This document shows positions 11,497-23,071 of a stretch of 64,000 nt of DNA, piece after piece. The stretch covers positions 2,176,001 to 2,240,000 of the forward strand of contig OY970320.1 of NCBI GenBank assembly GCA_963716745.1, in the 5' to 3' direction. Position 1 is the first letter of the stretch; each line of letters opens with the position of its first letter. The notes below the pieces were generated by a model, which saw nothing but the letters and a program-made list of their open reading frames with translations, had not been told where the DNA came from and did not search any database. The position numbers and the translations under genes are program-made. This stretch comes from an uncultured Gemmatimonadaceae bacterium (GTDB taxonomy: Bacteria; Gemmatimonadota; Gemmatimonadetes; Gemmatimonadales; Gemmatimonadaceae).

Positions 11497-12540
11497 ATGC
11501 AACTCGCAATGATCGGACTCGGCCGCATGGGCGCGAACATGGTGAAGCGCCTCACCAAGGGCGGACACGACTGCGTGGTCTTCGACCGGTCGCCGGACGC
11601 CGTGAAGGATCTCGCCAAGGGCAAGATCGTCGGTGCCAGCTCACTCGAGGATCTCGTCAAGAAGATGAAGAAGCCGCGCACGCTCTGGCTCATGGTGCCG
11701 GCGGCCGTGGTGGACGCGAGCATCGCGAGTCTCACGCCACTGCTGCAGGACGGCGACACGATCATCGACGGCGGCAATTCCTACTATGTCGATGACATCC
11801 GCCGCGCCACGACGCTCGCCGCCGAGGGCATCCACTACGTGGACGTCGGAACGAGCGGCGGCGTGTGGGGGCTCGAGCGCGGCTACTGCATGATGATCGG
11901 CGGCGAGAAGAAGGTCGTGAAGCGGCTCGATCCGATCTTCGCCACCCTCGCGCCCGGCATCGGGAAGATCGAGCGCACGCCCGGACGCGAGAAACTCGGC
12001 GGCACCGCCGAATCAGGCTACCTGCATTGCGGCCCCAACGGTGCCGGCCACTTCGTGAAGATGGTGCACAACGGCATCGAGTATGGTCTCATGGCCGCGT
12101 ACGCCGAAGGACTCGGCGTGCTCGCCGAGGCGAACATCGGCAAGAAGACGCACGAAGTGGATGCCGAGACCACGCCGCTGCGCGATCCCGAGCACTATCA
12201 GTACGACCTGAACCTGAGCGACGTGACCGAAGTCTGGCGGCGTGGCAGCGTGATCAGTTCGTGGCTGCTGGATCTCACCGCTGCGGCGCTCGTGAAGGAC
12301 GAGAAGCTCGGCGAGTTCGGCGGCCGCGTGTCCGACTCGGGCGAAGGCCGCTGGACGATCAAAGCCGCCATCGACGAGGGCGTGCCCACGCCGGTGCTCA
12401 CCACCGCGTTGTACGAGCGGTTCAGCTCGCGCGGCCAGGCCGACTATCAGAATCGCATCCTGTCGGCCATGCGCTTCGCGTTCGGCGGGCATCTCGAGAA
12501 ACCGGCCGATGCCGCGCCGGCCAAGAAGAAGAAATCATGA
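11497..12540 (+). CDS. gnd: 6-phosphogluconate dehydrogenase, decarboxylating (short YqeC-like type)
   Basis: [43 protein letters not shown]. Confidence 0.93.
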   Translation: MQLAMIGLGRMGANMVKRLTKGGHDCVVFDRSPDAVKDLAKGKIVGASSLEDLVKKMKKPRTLWLMVPAAVVDASIASLTPLLQDGDTIIDGGNSYYVDDIRRATTLAAEGIHYVDVGTSGGVWGLERGYCMMIGGEKKVVKRLDPIFATLAPGIGKIERTPGREKLGGTAESGYLHCGPNGAGHFVKMVHNGIEYGLMAAYAEGLGVLAEANIGKKTHEVDAETTPLRDPEHYQYDLNLSDVTEVWRRGSVISSWLLDLTAAALVKDEKLGEFGGRVSDSGEGRWTIKAAIDEGVPTPVLTTALYERFSSRGQADYQNRILSAMRFAFGGHLEKPADAAPAKKKKS

Positions 12541-13922
12541 GCGACCAGGTCCACTCCGGCGCGCTCGTTTTCTTCGGCGCCACCGGCGATCTCGCGTACA
12601 AGAAGATCTTCCCTGCGCTGCAGGCGATGATCAAGCGTGGGCATCTCGACGTGCCAGTGATCGGCGTGGCGAAGTCGTCGTGGAACTGCGATCAGCTGGT
12701 CGCGCGCGCCAAGGACAGCCTCGAGAAACATGGCGGCATCGACCAGGCCGCTTTCGCGAAGCTCGTGAAGCTCCTGCGCTACGTGGACGGCGATTACAAC
12801 GACGCGAGCACCTACGAGAAGATCAAGAAAGAACTCCGCGGTGCCGAGCGCCCCGCGCACTATCTCGCGATCCCGCCGGTGCTCTTCGGCGTCGCCGTCG
12901 AACACCTGCGCAACGCCGGCCTCACCAAGGATGCGCGAGTGATCGTCGAGAAACCGTTCGGCACCGACGGCGACTCCGCTCGCGCGCTCAATACCATCCT
13001 GCTGAGCGCCTTCAAGGAAACGTCGATCTTCCGCATCGACCACTACCTGGGCAAGCGACCGGTACACAACATGCTCTTCTTTCGCTTCACGAACCTTTTC
13101 CTCGAGTCGTTCTGGAACCGCGAGCACGTCGAGAGCGTGCAGATCACCATGGCCGAGGATTTCGGCGTGCAGGGGCGCGGCGCGTTCTACGACGAGACCG
13201 GCACCACACGCGACGTAGTGCAGAACCATCTCTTCCAGGTGATGTGCAACGTCGCGATGGAGCCGCCGGTGCGCACCGACAGCGAATCCATCCGCGACGA
13301 GAAGGTGAAAGTGCTCAAGGCGATCCCCACGCTCCAAGTGGCGGATATCGTCCGCGGCCAGTTCGACGGCTACCTCAAGGAGGCGGGCGTTAAGCCCGGC
13401 TCGGTCACGGAGACCTTCTCCGCCGTGAAGCTCGCGATCAACTCGTGGCGGTGGCAGGGCGTGCCCTTCTACATCCGCGCGGGTAAGTCACTGCCGGTCA
13501 CGTGTACCGAACTCTTCGTGCGGCTGCGCCGCCCGCCGGCGCTTTTTCCAACGAACGGCCAGCGCGGGAACTACTTCCGATTCCGCATCAGCCCCGACGT
13601 CACCACGGCCGTGGGCATGAACGTGATGGCGCCGGGCGAAGAGATGCGAGGCGCCCTCGCCGAAATGGTGGCCAGCTCGCATCCGGCCGCCGATGAGATG
13701 GATGCCTATGAGCGTGTGCTCGGCGACGCGATGGTGGGCGACGCGACGCTCTTCGCGCGCGAGGACTACGCCGAGGAGGCGTGGCGCATCGTGGACCCCG
13801 CCCTCAAGGCGAAGACGCCGGTGTACCCGTACGCGCCGGGCACGTGGGGTCCCAAGGAAGCCGACCGGATCGCGCCCGACGGCGGTTGGCACGACCCCGT
13901 GCTCGACGCGCCCGCGACGTGA
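12537..13922 (+). CDS. zwf: Glucose-6-phosphate dehydrogenase, copy 2
   Basis: ATG 12537 (ATGA overlap); [46 protein letters not shown]. Confidence 0.94.
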   Translation: MSDQVHSGALVFFGATGDLAYKKIFPALQAMIKRGHLDVPVIGVAKSSWNCDQLVARAKDSLEKHGGIDQAAFAKLVKLLRYVDGDYNDASTYEKIKKELRGAERPAHYLAIPPVLFGVAVEHLRNAGLTKDARVIVEKPFGTDGDSARALNTILLSAFKETSIFRIDHYLGKRPVHNMLFFRFTNLFLESFWNREHVESVQITMAEDFGVQGRGAFYDETGTTRDVVQNHLFQVMCNVAMEPPVRTDSESIRDEKVKVLKAIPTLQVADIVRGQFDGYLKEAGVKPGSVTETFSAVKLAINSWRWQGVPFYIRAGKSLPVTCTELFVRLRRPPALFPTNGQRGNYFRFRISPDVTTAVGMNVMAPGEEMRGALAEMVASSHPAADEMDAYERVLGDAMVGDATLFAREDYAEEAWRIVDPALKAKTPVYPYAPGTWGPKEADRIAPDGGWHDPVLDAPAT

Positions 13923-14611
13923 AGATCGAGGTCCTGCCCGACGATATCGCGGTCGCCTCCCTCGCCGCCGAGGTCATCGCCGGCGACGCGCGCGCGGCGA
14001 TCGGCGCGCGCGGCGTGTTCACGCTCGCGGTGAGCGGCGGCAACACGCCGTGGCAGATGCTGCGCGCGCTCGCGCAGCAGCCGGTGCCGTGGAGCGCGGT
14101 GCATTTATTCCAGGTGGACGAGCGCGTCGCGCCTGATGGCGATAGCGCCCGCAATCTCACACACATCCGCGAGACGCTGCTCAACGCCGTGAACATTCCG
14201 GTGCAGAACGTGCACCCGATGCCGGTGAACGACCCCGATCTCCCGGCCGCGGCCGGACGCTACGCCCACGAGATCGAGAGCAGCGCCGGCGCGCCGCCGG
14301 TGTTCGATGTCGTGCATCTCGGGCTTGGACCCGACGGCCACACCGCGTCGCTCGTGCCCGGCGATCCCGCGCTGCTCGTGACGAACACCGAGGTCGCGCT
14401 CGCGGGTCCGTACATGGGCCATCGCCGCATGACGCTCACCTATCCGGTGCTCGATGGCGCGCGCCGCGTGCTGTGGCTGGTGACGGGCGCCGAGAAGGCA
14501 CGCATGCTCGCGCTGCTTCGCGCGGGCGATCGCACGATCCCGGCGGGCCGCGTGAGTGCCGAGAACGCCCTCGTGCTCGCCGACCGCGCGGCCGCGTCGG
14601 CTCACGGATAA
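13919..14611 (+). CDS. pgl: 6-phosphogluconolactonase
   Basis: GTG 13919; VSGGNTP, VDERV, LGLGPDGHTASL, RMTLT. Confidence 0.92.
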   Translation: MKIEVLPDDIAVASLAAEVIAGDARAAIGARGVFTLAVSGGNTPWQMLRALAQQPVPWSAVHLFQVDERVAPDGDSARNLTHIRETLLNAVNIPVQNVHPMPVNDPDLPAAAGRYAHEIESSAGAPPVFDVVHLGLGPDGHTASLVPGDPALLVTNTEVALAGPYMGHRRMTLTYPVLDGARRVLWLVTGAEKARMLALLRAGDRTIPAGRVSAENALVLADRAAASAHG

Positions 14612-14624
14612 CGGGAGAGCGAAC

Positions 14625-17336
14625 ATGCCATTCATGGCGCCGGCACCGGCGAGCAATTCCGTGGAACAGAAGCGCATGCAAGCGCTCAAGGCCGGCACCG
14701 AGCCATGGCGCCGATGGGGGCCGTACGTGTCCGAGCGGCAGTGGGGCACCGTGCGCGAGGACTACAGCGCGGACGGGAACGCGTGGGATTATCTCACACA
14801 CGACCAATCGCGCAGCCGGACGTTTCGCTGGGGCGAGGACGGCATCGCCGGATGGTGCGACGACCAGCAGCGCCTGTGCCTCACGCTCGCGATGTGGAAC
14901 GGCGTGGACCCGATCCTCAAGGAGCGCCTGTTCGGTCTCACGAACAGCGAGGGCAATCACGGCGAAGATGTGAAGGAGATGTACTGGTACCTCGACGCCA
15001 CGCCGAGCCACTCGTACCAGAAGATGCTGTACAAGTATCCGCAGCGGGAATTCCCCTATGCGAAACTCGTCGCGGAGAACAAGGCGCGCGGCCAGGACCA
15101 GCCCGAGTTCGACCTGATCGACAGCGACGCCTTTGACGACGACCGCTACTTCGACGTGTTCGTGGAGTACGCGAAGGCCGGGCCGGACGACACGCTCATG
15201 CTCGTCACGGTGCACAACCGCGGTCCCGACGCGGCGGCGATCCGGCTGATCCCGCAGCTCACGCTGCGCGACACGTGGTCGTGGGCACCGAACGCGCACA
15301 AACCATCCATGAAAGCCGAGCGCGGTGCGATCTCCATCGAACACGAGACGCTCGGCAGCTTCCGGCTCGACGCTGACGCCAAGCCACAGCTCCTGTTCAC
15401 CGAGAACGCGAGCAATGCGCCGCGCCTCTGGGGACACACCGGCGTCGCCGGTCCGTTCAAGGATGCGTTCCACGAGTATGTCGTGAACGGCAAACTCGAC
15501 GCCGTGAGCACCGCCATGCGCGGCACGAAGGCTGGTGCGCTCTACCACATGGAGGTCCTCGGCGGCGCGTCGGCGCAGGTGCGCGTGCGCTTGCGGCCAG
15601 CGGCCGGCGTGCAGTCGAACGCGTTCGCCGATTTCGACGAGACGATGGCGACGCGGCGCCGCGAGGCCGATGCGTATTACGATGAGCTGCAGCATGGCCT
15701 CGAGGACCCCGACGTCCGGCTCGTGCAACGGCAGGCGTTCGCCGGTATGCTGTGGACCAAACAGTTCTACTGCTACAATGTCACGCGCTGGCTGGATGGC
15801 GATCCCACGCAACCACCGCCGCCGGCCGCGCGCAAGCAGGGGCGCAACAAGGATTGGGGGCACGTGGCCGCCGCCGAGATCATCTCAATGCCCGACAAGT
15901 GGGAATACCCGTGGTTCGCGGCGTGGGATCTCGCCTTCCACTGCTACGTGTTCGCCGACATCGATCCGGAATTCGCGAAGCACCAGCTGATCCTGCTCGC
16001 GCGCGAGTGGTACATGCATCCCAACGGCCAGTTGCCGGCTTACGAATGGGCGTTCGGCGATGTGAATCCGCCCGTGCACGCGTGGGCCGCGCATCGTGTG
16101 TTCCAGATCGACCAACTGCAGCGCCGCCGAGAGAACCCCGACGATCCGGGCGATCTCGAGTTCCTCGAGCGCGTGTTCCAGAAACTGCTCCTCAACTTCA
16201 CCTGGTGGGTGAACCGCAAGGACGAGCAGGGGCGGAACATCTTTCAGGGCGGCTTCCTTGGCCTCGACAACATCGGCGTCTTCGACCGCAGCCAGGCGCT
16301 GCCCACGGGTGGGTATATCAACCAGGCCGATGGCACGAGCTGGATGGCCGCGTACTGCCTGAACATGCTGCGCATCGCGGCGGAGCTTGGCGTTCACAAC
16401 CACGCGTACGAGGACATCGCCAGCAAATTCTTCGAGCACTTCCTGTCGATCGCCGCCGCGATCAACGGCGAGGGCGACAACGCGATGGGGCTCTGGGACG
16501 AGACCGACCAGTTCTACTACGATCACATCAGCCTGCCCGACGGCCGAAACATCCCGCTCAAGCTGGAATCGCTCGTGGGGCTCACGCCGTTGTTCGTGTG
16601 TCAGCCGGTGGATCCGGTTGTGCTCGCCAAGCTTCCGCACTTCACGCGGCGCATGGAGTGGTACCTCGCGAACCGCCCCGAGATGGCGGCCATGGTCTCG
16701 AACTGGAAGGAGCCGGGCGTGGGCGACTGGCGACTGCTCTCGCTCCTGCGCTCGCATCGCATGACCGCGCTGCTGAGCAAGATGCTGGACGAGCGGCACT
16801 TCCTGTCGGACTTCGGCGTGCGGTCGATGTCCAAGGTGCATGAGCGCGCACCGTACGAGCTGAACATCGACGGCGCACGCTACGAGGTGATCTACGCGCC
16901 CGCGGAATCGACGAGCACATTGTTCGGCGGCAATTCGAATTGGCGCGGGCCGGTGTGGCTCAACATGAATCTGCTGCTCATCGAGGCGCTCGAGAAATTC
17001 GACTATTACTACGGACCCGACTTCAAGGTGGAATGCCCCACCGGCTCCGGGAACATGGTCACGCTCCGCGGCGCCGCGCTCGAGATCGTGCACCGGATCA
17101 CGCGCATCTTCCTCAAAGGCGCGGATGGAGAGCGCCCCGTGCTCAAGAGCCATCCGAAATTGTCGGGCGATCCGCACTTCCGCGACTACGTGCACTTCCA
17201 CGAGTACTTCCATGGCGACACCGGCCGCGGGCTCGGCGCGTCGCACCAGACTGGATGGACCGGCGTGGTCGCGCGCCTGCTCTGGCATGAGACCGGACGG
17301 CAGGGGATCGCCACCCAGCGCGAGGTCGCGCGGTGA
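14625..17336 (+). CDS. GH63-like (MGH1-like) glucosidase
   Basis: WGPYVSERQWGTVREDYS, MPDKWEYPWFAAWDLAFH, GGNSNWRGPVW, GASHQTGWTG. Confidence 0.88.
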   Translation: MPFMAPAPASNSVEQKRMQALKAGTEPWRRWGPYVSERQWGTVREDYSADGNAWDYLTHDQSRSRTFRWGEDGIAGWCDDQQRLCLTLAMWNGVDPILKERLFGLTNSEGNHGEDVKEMYWYLDATPSHSYQKMLYKYPQREFPYAKLVAENKARGQDQPEFDLIDSDAFDDDRYFDVFVEYAKAGPDDTLMLVTVHNRGPDAAAIRLIPQLTLRDTWSWAPNAHKPSMKAERGAISIEHETLGSFRLDADAKPQLLFTENASNAPRLWGHTGVAGPFKDAFHEYVVNGKLDAVSTAMRGTKAGALYHMEVLGGASAQVRVRLRPAAGVQSNAFADFDETMATRRREADAYYDELQHGLEDPDVRLVQRQAFAGMLWTKQFYCYNVTRWLDGDPTQPPPPAARKQGRNKDWGHVAAAEIISMPDKWEYPWFAAWDLAFHCYVFADIDPEFAKHQLILLAREWYMHPNGQLPAYEWAFGDVNPPVHAWAAHRVFQIDQLQRRRENPDDPGDLEFLERVFQKLLLNFTWWVNRKDEQGRNIFQGGFLGLDNIGVFDRSQALPTGGYINQADGTSWMAAYCLNMLRIAAELGVHNHAYEDIASKFFEHFLSIAAAINGEGDNAMGLWDETDQFYYDHISLPDGRNIPLKLESLVGLTPLFVCQPVDPVVLAKLPHFTRRMEWYLANRPEMAAMVSNWKEPGVGDWRLLSLLRSHRMTALLSKMLDERHFLSDFGVRSMSKVHERAPYELNIDGARYEVIYAPAESTSTLFGGNSNWRGPVWLNMNLLLIEALEKFDYYYGPDFKVECPTGSGNMVTLRGAALEIVHRITRIFLKGADGERPVLKSHPKLSGDPHFRDYVHFHEYFHGDTGRGLGASHQTGWTGVVARLLWHETGRQGIATQREVAR

Positions 17337-18953
17337 ACACGGTACTGCTCTCGCGTGGGCAGTTCGCGCTCACGATCGCGTTCCACTTCATCTTCCCGCC
17401 GATCACGATCGGGCTGGGGCTCATCCTCGTGGTCATGCAGGGGATGCGGCTGCGCACGGGCAATGCGCTCTACACCGGCATGGCGCATTTCTGGACGAAG
17501 ATCTTCGGGCTCATCTTCGCGATCGGAGTAGCCACCGGCATCCCCATGGAATTCCAGTTCGGCACGAACTGGGCGAACTACGCGCGGTTCGTCGGCGACA
17601 TCTTCGGCAGCCCGCTCGCCATCGAAGGCGTTTACGCGTTCTTCCTCGAGTCGGGGTTCCTCGCGATCCTGCTCTTCGGGTGGAACAAGGTAGGCCCCAA
17701 GATGCATTTCCTCGCGACGTTCCTCGTCGCGCTGGGGGCGACTTTCAGCGCCATCTGGATCATCGTCGCGAATTCATGGATGCAGACGCCCGCCGGCTAT
17801 CACCTCGCGCGCATGGTGAAGGAGATCGCGAGTGGCCAGCAGTTCCCGATGAGCGCCGACCTGGGTAACGCCGCGTTCACTGTGAAGGAGATCCCATTGC
17901 CGGCTGGCTACATCGTGCAGCCATCGGAGATGGGCGATGTGCGCGCGGTGGTGGACGATTTCGCGAAGGCGATCCTCAATCCCTCCACGCTCGACCGGCT
18001 CACGCACACGATCATCGCGTGCTGGATCATTGGCGCGCTCGTGGTCGCGAGCGTGAGCGCGTACTGGCTGCTGCGCGGGCGGCACCTGCCCACCGCGCGC
18101 GTGTCACTCAAGATCGGGCTTGGCGTCGCCGCGGTCGCATCGCTGCTCCAGATGGTCTCGGCGGATATGACGGCGAGTGGCGTCGCACGGCACCAGCCGG
18201 AGAAGCTCGCGGCGATCGAGGGACTCGCGGCCACCACCGCGAATGCGCCGATGGCCATCGGGGGCGTCGTGCATTGGCGGCGCGATTCCGCGGGGCGCAT
18301 CACCGGACTCGACCAGCGGACGCTGAAGGTGCCGAGCCTCTTGAGCATCCTGGTGTCCGGTGATTTCCTGGACCCGGCGCGCGGCGCGAAGACCGTCGTG
18401 CCGGGGCTCAACGACTTGCCCACCGATTCGTTTTTGCTCGCGCGCCATCCCGGCGCGAGCGCGTCGGAGCTCGCGGCGATCCGTCCGAGCTATTGGCCCA
18501 ACGCGCCGCTCGTGTTCCAGACGTACCATCTCATGATCGCCATCGGCGTGTTCCTCGTGGGGATGACGCTCTTCGGACTTCTCCTCTGGAAACTCGGCCG
18601 ACTCTGGGAGGCCGACCGCCCGAGCATCCGCGCCTTCCTCTGGCTGCTCGTGTTCTCGCCCGCACTCGCGGAGATCGCGACGCAGGCCGGATGGGTCACC
18701 GCCGAAGTGGGCCGCCAGCCATGGATCGTGTACCAGGTGCTGAAGACCGCGGACGCGACCTCCGTCGTGGTGAGCAGCGGGCAGGTGGAGCGCTCGATCG
18801 TGCTCTTCTGTCTCATTTACGCTGTTGCTCGGCGCGTTGTTCGTCACGCTGTTCACGCGCATCGTGCACAAAGGGCCACCGCATGACGGGCCGGACACCG
18901 GCCTGCCCGAGAAGTTCGAGGTGCTGTCGCTCAAGACGGAGCGCGAGGCATGA
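17333..18953 (+). CDS. cydA: Cytochrome bd quinol oxidase subunit I (frameshift near 18821)
   Basis: FHFIF, EFQFGTNW, FFLESGF, NSWMQTP, QPEKLAAIEG, EVGRQPW. The C-terminus continues in another frame (LLLGALFVTLF..EREA) to TGA 18953 overlapping the cydB ATG. Confidence 0.92.
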
Positions 18954-19972
18954 TGGACCTCAACACCATCTGGTTCATGCTCGTGGGCGTCCTGCTCACC
19001 GGCTACGCGGTGCTCGACGGATTCGACCTCGGCACCGGCGCGCTGATCCTGTTCGTGCGGGATGACACCGAGCGGCGGATCTTCTACAACGCGATCGGTC
19101 CGGTGTGGAACGGCAACGAGGTGTGGCTCGTGACGGGCGGCGGCGCGCTGTTCGCGGCGTTCCCCAACGTGTACGCCACGGTGTTCTCCGGATTCTATGA
19201 CGCGTTCATGCTGCTGCTCACGGCGCTCATCTTCCGCGCGGCGGCCATCGAGTTCCGCGGGCAGTATCCCGGCGCGCGCTGGCGCGCGACCTGGGACACG
19301 GTGTTCGCGGTGGCGAGCATCTCTGGCGCGCTGGTCATCGGCGTCGCGATGGGCAATCTCGTGTGGGGCATTCCGCTCGACGCGCACCACGAATTCCACG
19401 GCGACTTTCTGCACCTCATCAAACCGTACACGTTGCTCGTGGCCCTCACCGGTCTCGCGCTCTTCGCGATGCACGCGAATCTCTATCTCCTGCTCAAGAC
19501 CGAGGGTGCGCTCCAACAGCGGCTCGCCGCGTGGACCAAGCGTACGATCCCTACCTTTCTGGCGCTGTTCGCCGTGCTGAACGTGGTCACGCTCCTCGAA
19601 CGGCCCATGGTGCACGAGGCGCTCCAGTCACGCCTCCCGGCGCTCGGGGCCATCTTCATAGTGTCGGTGCTCATCACGTTCAACATCGTGCGACTCGTGA
19701 AACGCGAGCGATACGGCCTTGCGTTCATCAGCTCCGCCGGATCGATCGTTACGCTCATGATGCTGTTCGGCGCCGCGATCTATCCCAATCTTGTATTCTC
19801 GTGGCCCGAGCCGGCAAACAGTCTCAACATCGTGAATGGCGCCTCCACCGCGCCGTCGCTCAAGTTCATGCTCGTGGTGGCCGCCATCGGCGTGCCGATC
19901 GTGCTCGCGTACACGGCGTCCATCTACTATGTGTTCCGCGGCAAGGTCACGCTCACCGATCACTCGTACTGA
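18950..19972 (+). CDS. cydB: Cytochrome bd oxidase subunit II
   Basis: YAVLDGFDLG, IGPVWNGNEVWL, AAFP, YYVFRGKV. Confidence 0.94.
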   Translation: MMDLNTIWFMLVGVLLTGYAVLDGFDLGTGALILFVRDDTERRIFYNAIGPVWNGNEVWLVTGGGALFAAFPNVYATVFSGFYDAFMLLLTALIFRAAAIEFRGQYPGARWRATWDTVFAVASISGALVIGVAMGNLVWGIPLDAHHEFHGDFLHLIKPYTLLVALTGLALFAMHANLYLLLKTEGALQQRLAAWTKRTIPTFLALFAVLNVVTLLERPMVHEALQSRLPALGAIFIVSVLITFNIVRLVKRERYGLAFISSAGSIVTLMMLFGAAIYPNLVFSWPEPANSLNIVNGASTAPSLKFMLVVAAIGVPIVLAYTASIYYVFRGKVTLTDHSY

Positions 19973-19991
19973 ACGAAGTCGTGAGGGCACC

Positions 19992-20450
19992 ATGAAGATC
20001 GGCATCGCGACGGATCACGGCGGATTCCCGCTCAAGGAAGCACTCGTGGCGCGACTCCGCGCCGCGAAGCACGAAGTGGTGGATTTCGGCGCGCATGCGC
20101 TGAACGATGGCGATGACTATCCCGATTTCGTCGTGCCGCTCGCGAATGCCGTAGCCGCCGGACAAGTCGAGCGCGGCATCGCTTGCTGCGGCAGCGGCGT
20201 GGGCGCGAGCGTCTGCGCCAATAAGGTGCCGGGCGTGCACGCCGCGCTCATCGCCGACCACTTCTCGGCGCGACAGGGCGTGGAGGACGATCACATGAAC
20301 ATCATCTGCCTCGGCGCGCGCACAGAAGGCGTCGAGCTCGCGTGGGACCTCGTGCAGAACTTCCTGGCGTCGCAGTACAGCAGCGCCGAGCGTCACCTGC
20401 GGCGCCTGGCGAAGGTCGCGAAGTTGGAAGCCAAGCATTCATCCAAGTGA
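19992..20450 (+). CDS. rpiB: Ribose-5-phosphate isomerase B
   Basis: ATDHGG, DDYPD, CGSGVG, ANKVPG, RHLRR. Confidence 0.9.
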   Translation: MKIGIATDHGGFPLKEALVARLRAAKHEVVDFGAHALNDGDDYPDFVVPLANAVAAGQVERGIACCGSGVGASVCANKVPGVHAALIADHFSARQGVEDDHMNIICLGARTEGVELAWDLVQNFLASQYSSAERHLRRLAKVAKLEAKHSSK

Positions 20451-22511
20451 ACACCGTGGCGAACACCGACATCTCGCAGATCTCCATCAATACCATCCGC
20501 ACTCTCTCCATAGATGCGGTGCAGCAGGCGAAGTCGGGGCATCCAGGCACGCCCATGGCGCTCGCGCCGCTCGTGTACACGCTGTGGAATCGCGTGATGC
20601 GCTTCGACCCGGCCGATCCCATCTGGCCCAACCGCGACCGCTTCGTGCTGTCGAACGGTCACGCGAGCATGCTGCTGTGGAGCGTGCTGCATCTCACCGG
20701 CACGCGCGCGGTGAACGCGGAGTACGAGACGGCTCGGCGATCCCGCCGTGTCGCTCGAGGACATCAAGCATTTCCGCCAGCTGGGCAGCAAGGCGCCGGG
20801 CCATCCCGAATATCGATTCACTTCCGGCGTGGAGACGACGAGCGGCCCGTTGGGGCAGGGGATCGCGACGAGCGTCGGCATGGCGATCGCGGAGCGCTGG
20901 CTCGCCGCGCGCTACGACCGGCCAGGCTTCGACATCTTCGACTACGACATCTTCGCGGTGTGCGGCGATGGCTGTCTCATGGAGGGAGTGGGTGCCGAGG
21001 CCGCGAGTCTCGCGGGGCATCTCGCGCTGGACAATCTCTGCTGGATCTACGACAACAACCACATCACCATCGAAGGCAACACCAACATCACGTTCACCGA
21101 GGACGTGGCCGCGCGATTCATGGGCTACGGGTGGAACGTGCTGCGCGTGGGCGATGCGAACGATCTGGGCCTCATCCAGAACGCGATCGCGACGTTCAAG
21201 AAGACCGTCGGCCGTCCCACGATAATCATACTCGACAGCCACATCGGGTACGGTTCGCCCAACAAACAGGACACCGCCGCGGCGCACGGCGAGCCGTTGG
21301 GCGAGGAAGAGGTGAAACTCACCAAGCGCGCCTACGGATGGCCCGAGGACGCGAAGTTCCTCGTACCCGATGGCGTCCGCGAGGATTTCGCGAATGGCGT
21401 CGGCGCGCGTGGTGCAGCGGCGAACGCGGCGTGGAAGGCACTCTTCGCGCAGTATCGCGCGAAATTCCCTGCGCTGGCGGACGAGATCGACCAGATGCAG
21501 CGGCGCGAGCTGCCGAAGGGCTGGGACAAGAACCTTCCGGTGTTCCCGGCGGATGCGAAGGGCATCGCCGGCCGCGACGCGAGCGGCAAAGTGCTCAACG
21601 TGCTCGCGCAGAACATCCCGTGGCTGCTCGGCGGCTCGGCCGACCTCGGCTCATCCAACAAGACCACGCTGCTGTTCGAAGGCGCCGGCGACCAGGAACC
21701 CGCGACCCCGCAGGGGCGCAATTTCCATTTCGGCATCCGCGAGCACGCAATGGGCGCGGCGCTGAATGGCATGTCGCTCACCAAACTGCGTCCGTTCGGC
21801 GCGACGTTCTTCATTTTCAGCGACTACTGCCGGCCTACCATCAGATTGTCGGCGCTCATGGAATTGCCCGTGATCTGGGTGTTCACGCACGAAGCGATGA
21901 GCGATGGCGAGGACGGCCCCACGCACCAGCCGGTGGAGCATTTGGCGTCGTTGCGCGCGATGCCGGGCATCATCGTATTCCGGCCGGCGGATGCGAATGA
22001 AGTCGTGGAGGCGTATCGCGTGATCATGGGCCTGCGGCACGAGCCGGCCGTGCTCGCGCTGAGCCGTCAGCCGCTGCCGACCCTGGATCGCACGAAGTAC
22101 GCGAGCGCGAGCGGCGTCGCGAAGGGCGCCTATATACTCGCCGATGCACCGGGCGGGAAGCCGGACGTGATCCTCATCGCGACCGGCAGCGAAGTCGTGC
22201 TCGCCGTGCAAGCGCACGAGCAATTGATCGCCGCGGGCATCAAGAGCCGCGTCGTCTCGATGCCGAGCTGGGAACTCTTCGATCATCAGACGCCTGAATA
22301 TCGCGAACAGGTGCTGCCGCGCGCCGTGCGTGCGAGCGTTTCTATCGAGCAGGCGTCAACAATGGGATGGGAGCGATATGTGGGGGACGGCGGGAGAATG
22401 ATCGGGATGAAGACGTTCGGGGCGTCGGCGCCGCTGAAGGAACTGGAGAAACATTTCGGTTTTGAGCCGGGGGCGATTGTCACAGTGGCGAAATCACTGC
22501 TCGAGTCGTAA
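20447..22511 (+). CDS. tkt: Transketolase (frameshift near 20735)
   Basis: SGHPGTPM and [11 protein letters not shown] in one frame; [34 protein letters not shown] in the next. Confidence 0.94.
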
Positions 22512-22532
22512 CTGCAGACCTAGACGCTAGTT

Positions 22533-23069
22533 CCTAACTGCGGACTGTCGGCTGTTGGCTGTCGCGTGCTACTGCGTGGCCATTGGGGCGATCGCTTTCG
22601 AGAGGCGTGTCAACATCCGGCCGACGTGGTCGATCAGCGCGAACGCCTTGGCACTTACACGGTACTCGACGTATGCGGCGCGCACGGCGATCTCCAAGTG
22701 CGTGTCGAGTTCCATCAGTGAGCCTCGCGCGATCGAGATGTGGCGCGCATAGGCTCGCGGGTAGTACTGGCCGTGGCCCTCGGCAATGTTCGCCGGCACC
22801 GAAGCCGCTGATCGCCTGATCTGATCGGCGAGCGACCTTCGCTCAATGCGCGGGAGACGGTCGGCGATCTCATAACACTCTAGCGCCAACTCCATCGAGC
22901 GCTGCCAGACGACGAGATCGCGATGTCCGTGATAACTCGGAGATCCACTCATATCGCGACGATATTCCCGGTCACTCCAATGATCTTCATCGATCCATCG
23001 CGCGACGTGCCGTCGCTTGGCGCTCGCCCGTGGCAGGCGACAGCCGACAGCCAACAGTCCGCCGTTAGG
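22533..23069. repeat. 33-bp inverted repeat (22533-22565 and 23037-23069) of CTGTYGG heptamers enclosing the four-helix-bundle gene
   Basis: cctaactgcggactgtcggctgttggctgtcgc vs gcgacagccgacagccaacagtccgccgttagg, 30/33 complementary. Confidence 0.9.
22569..22952 (-). CDS. Four-helix-bundle protein (23S rRNA intervening-sequence protein family)
   Basis: DLVVWQRSMELA, LADQIRRSAASVPANIAEG, IARGSLMELDT; ATG 22952. Confidence 0.9.
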   Translation of the reverse strand: MSGSPSYHGHRDLVVWQRSMELALECYEIADRLPRIERRSLADQIRRSAASVPANIAEGHGQYYPRAYARHISIARGSLMELDTHLEIAVRAAYVEYRVSAKAFALIDHVGRMLTRLSKAIAPMATQ

Positions 23070-23071
23070 CT

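Noticed and set aside
22569..22952. Diversity-generating retroelement (Avd-like fold)
   Set aside because: No reverse transcriptase and no template/variable repeat pair with adenine-specific differences seen.
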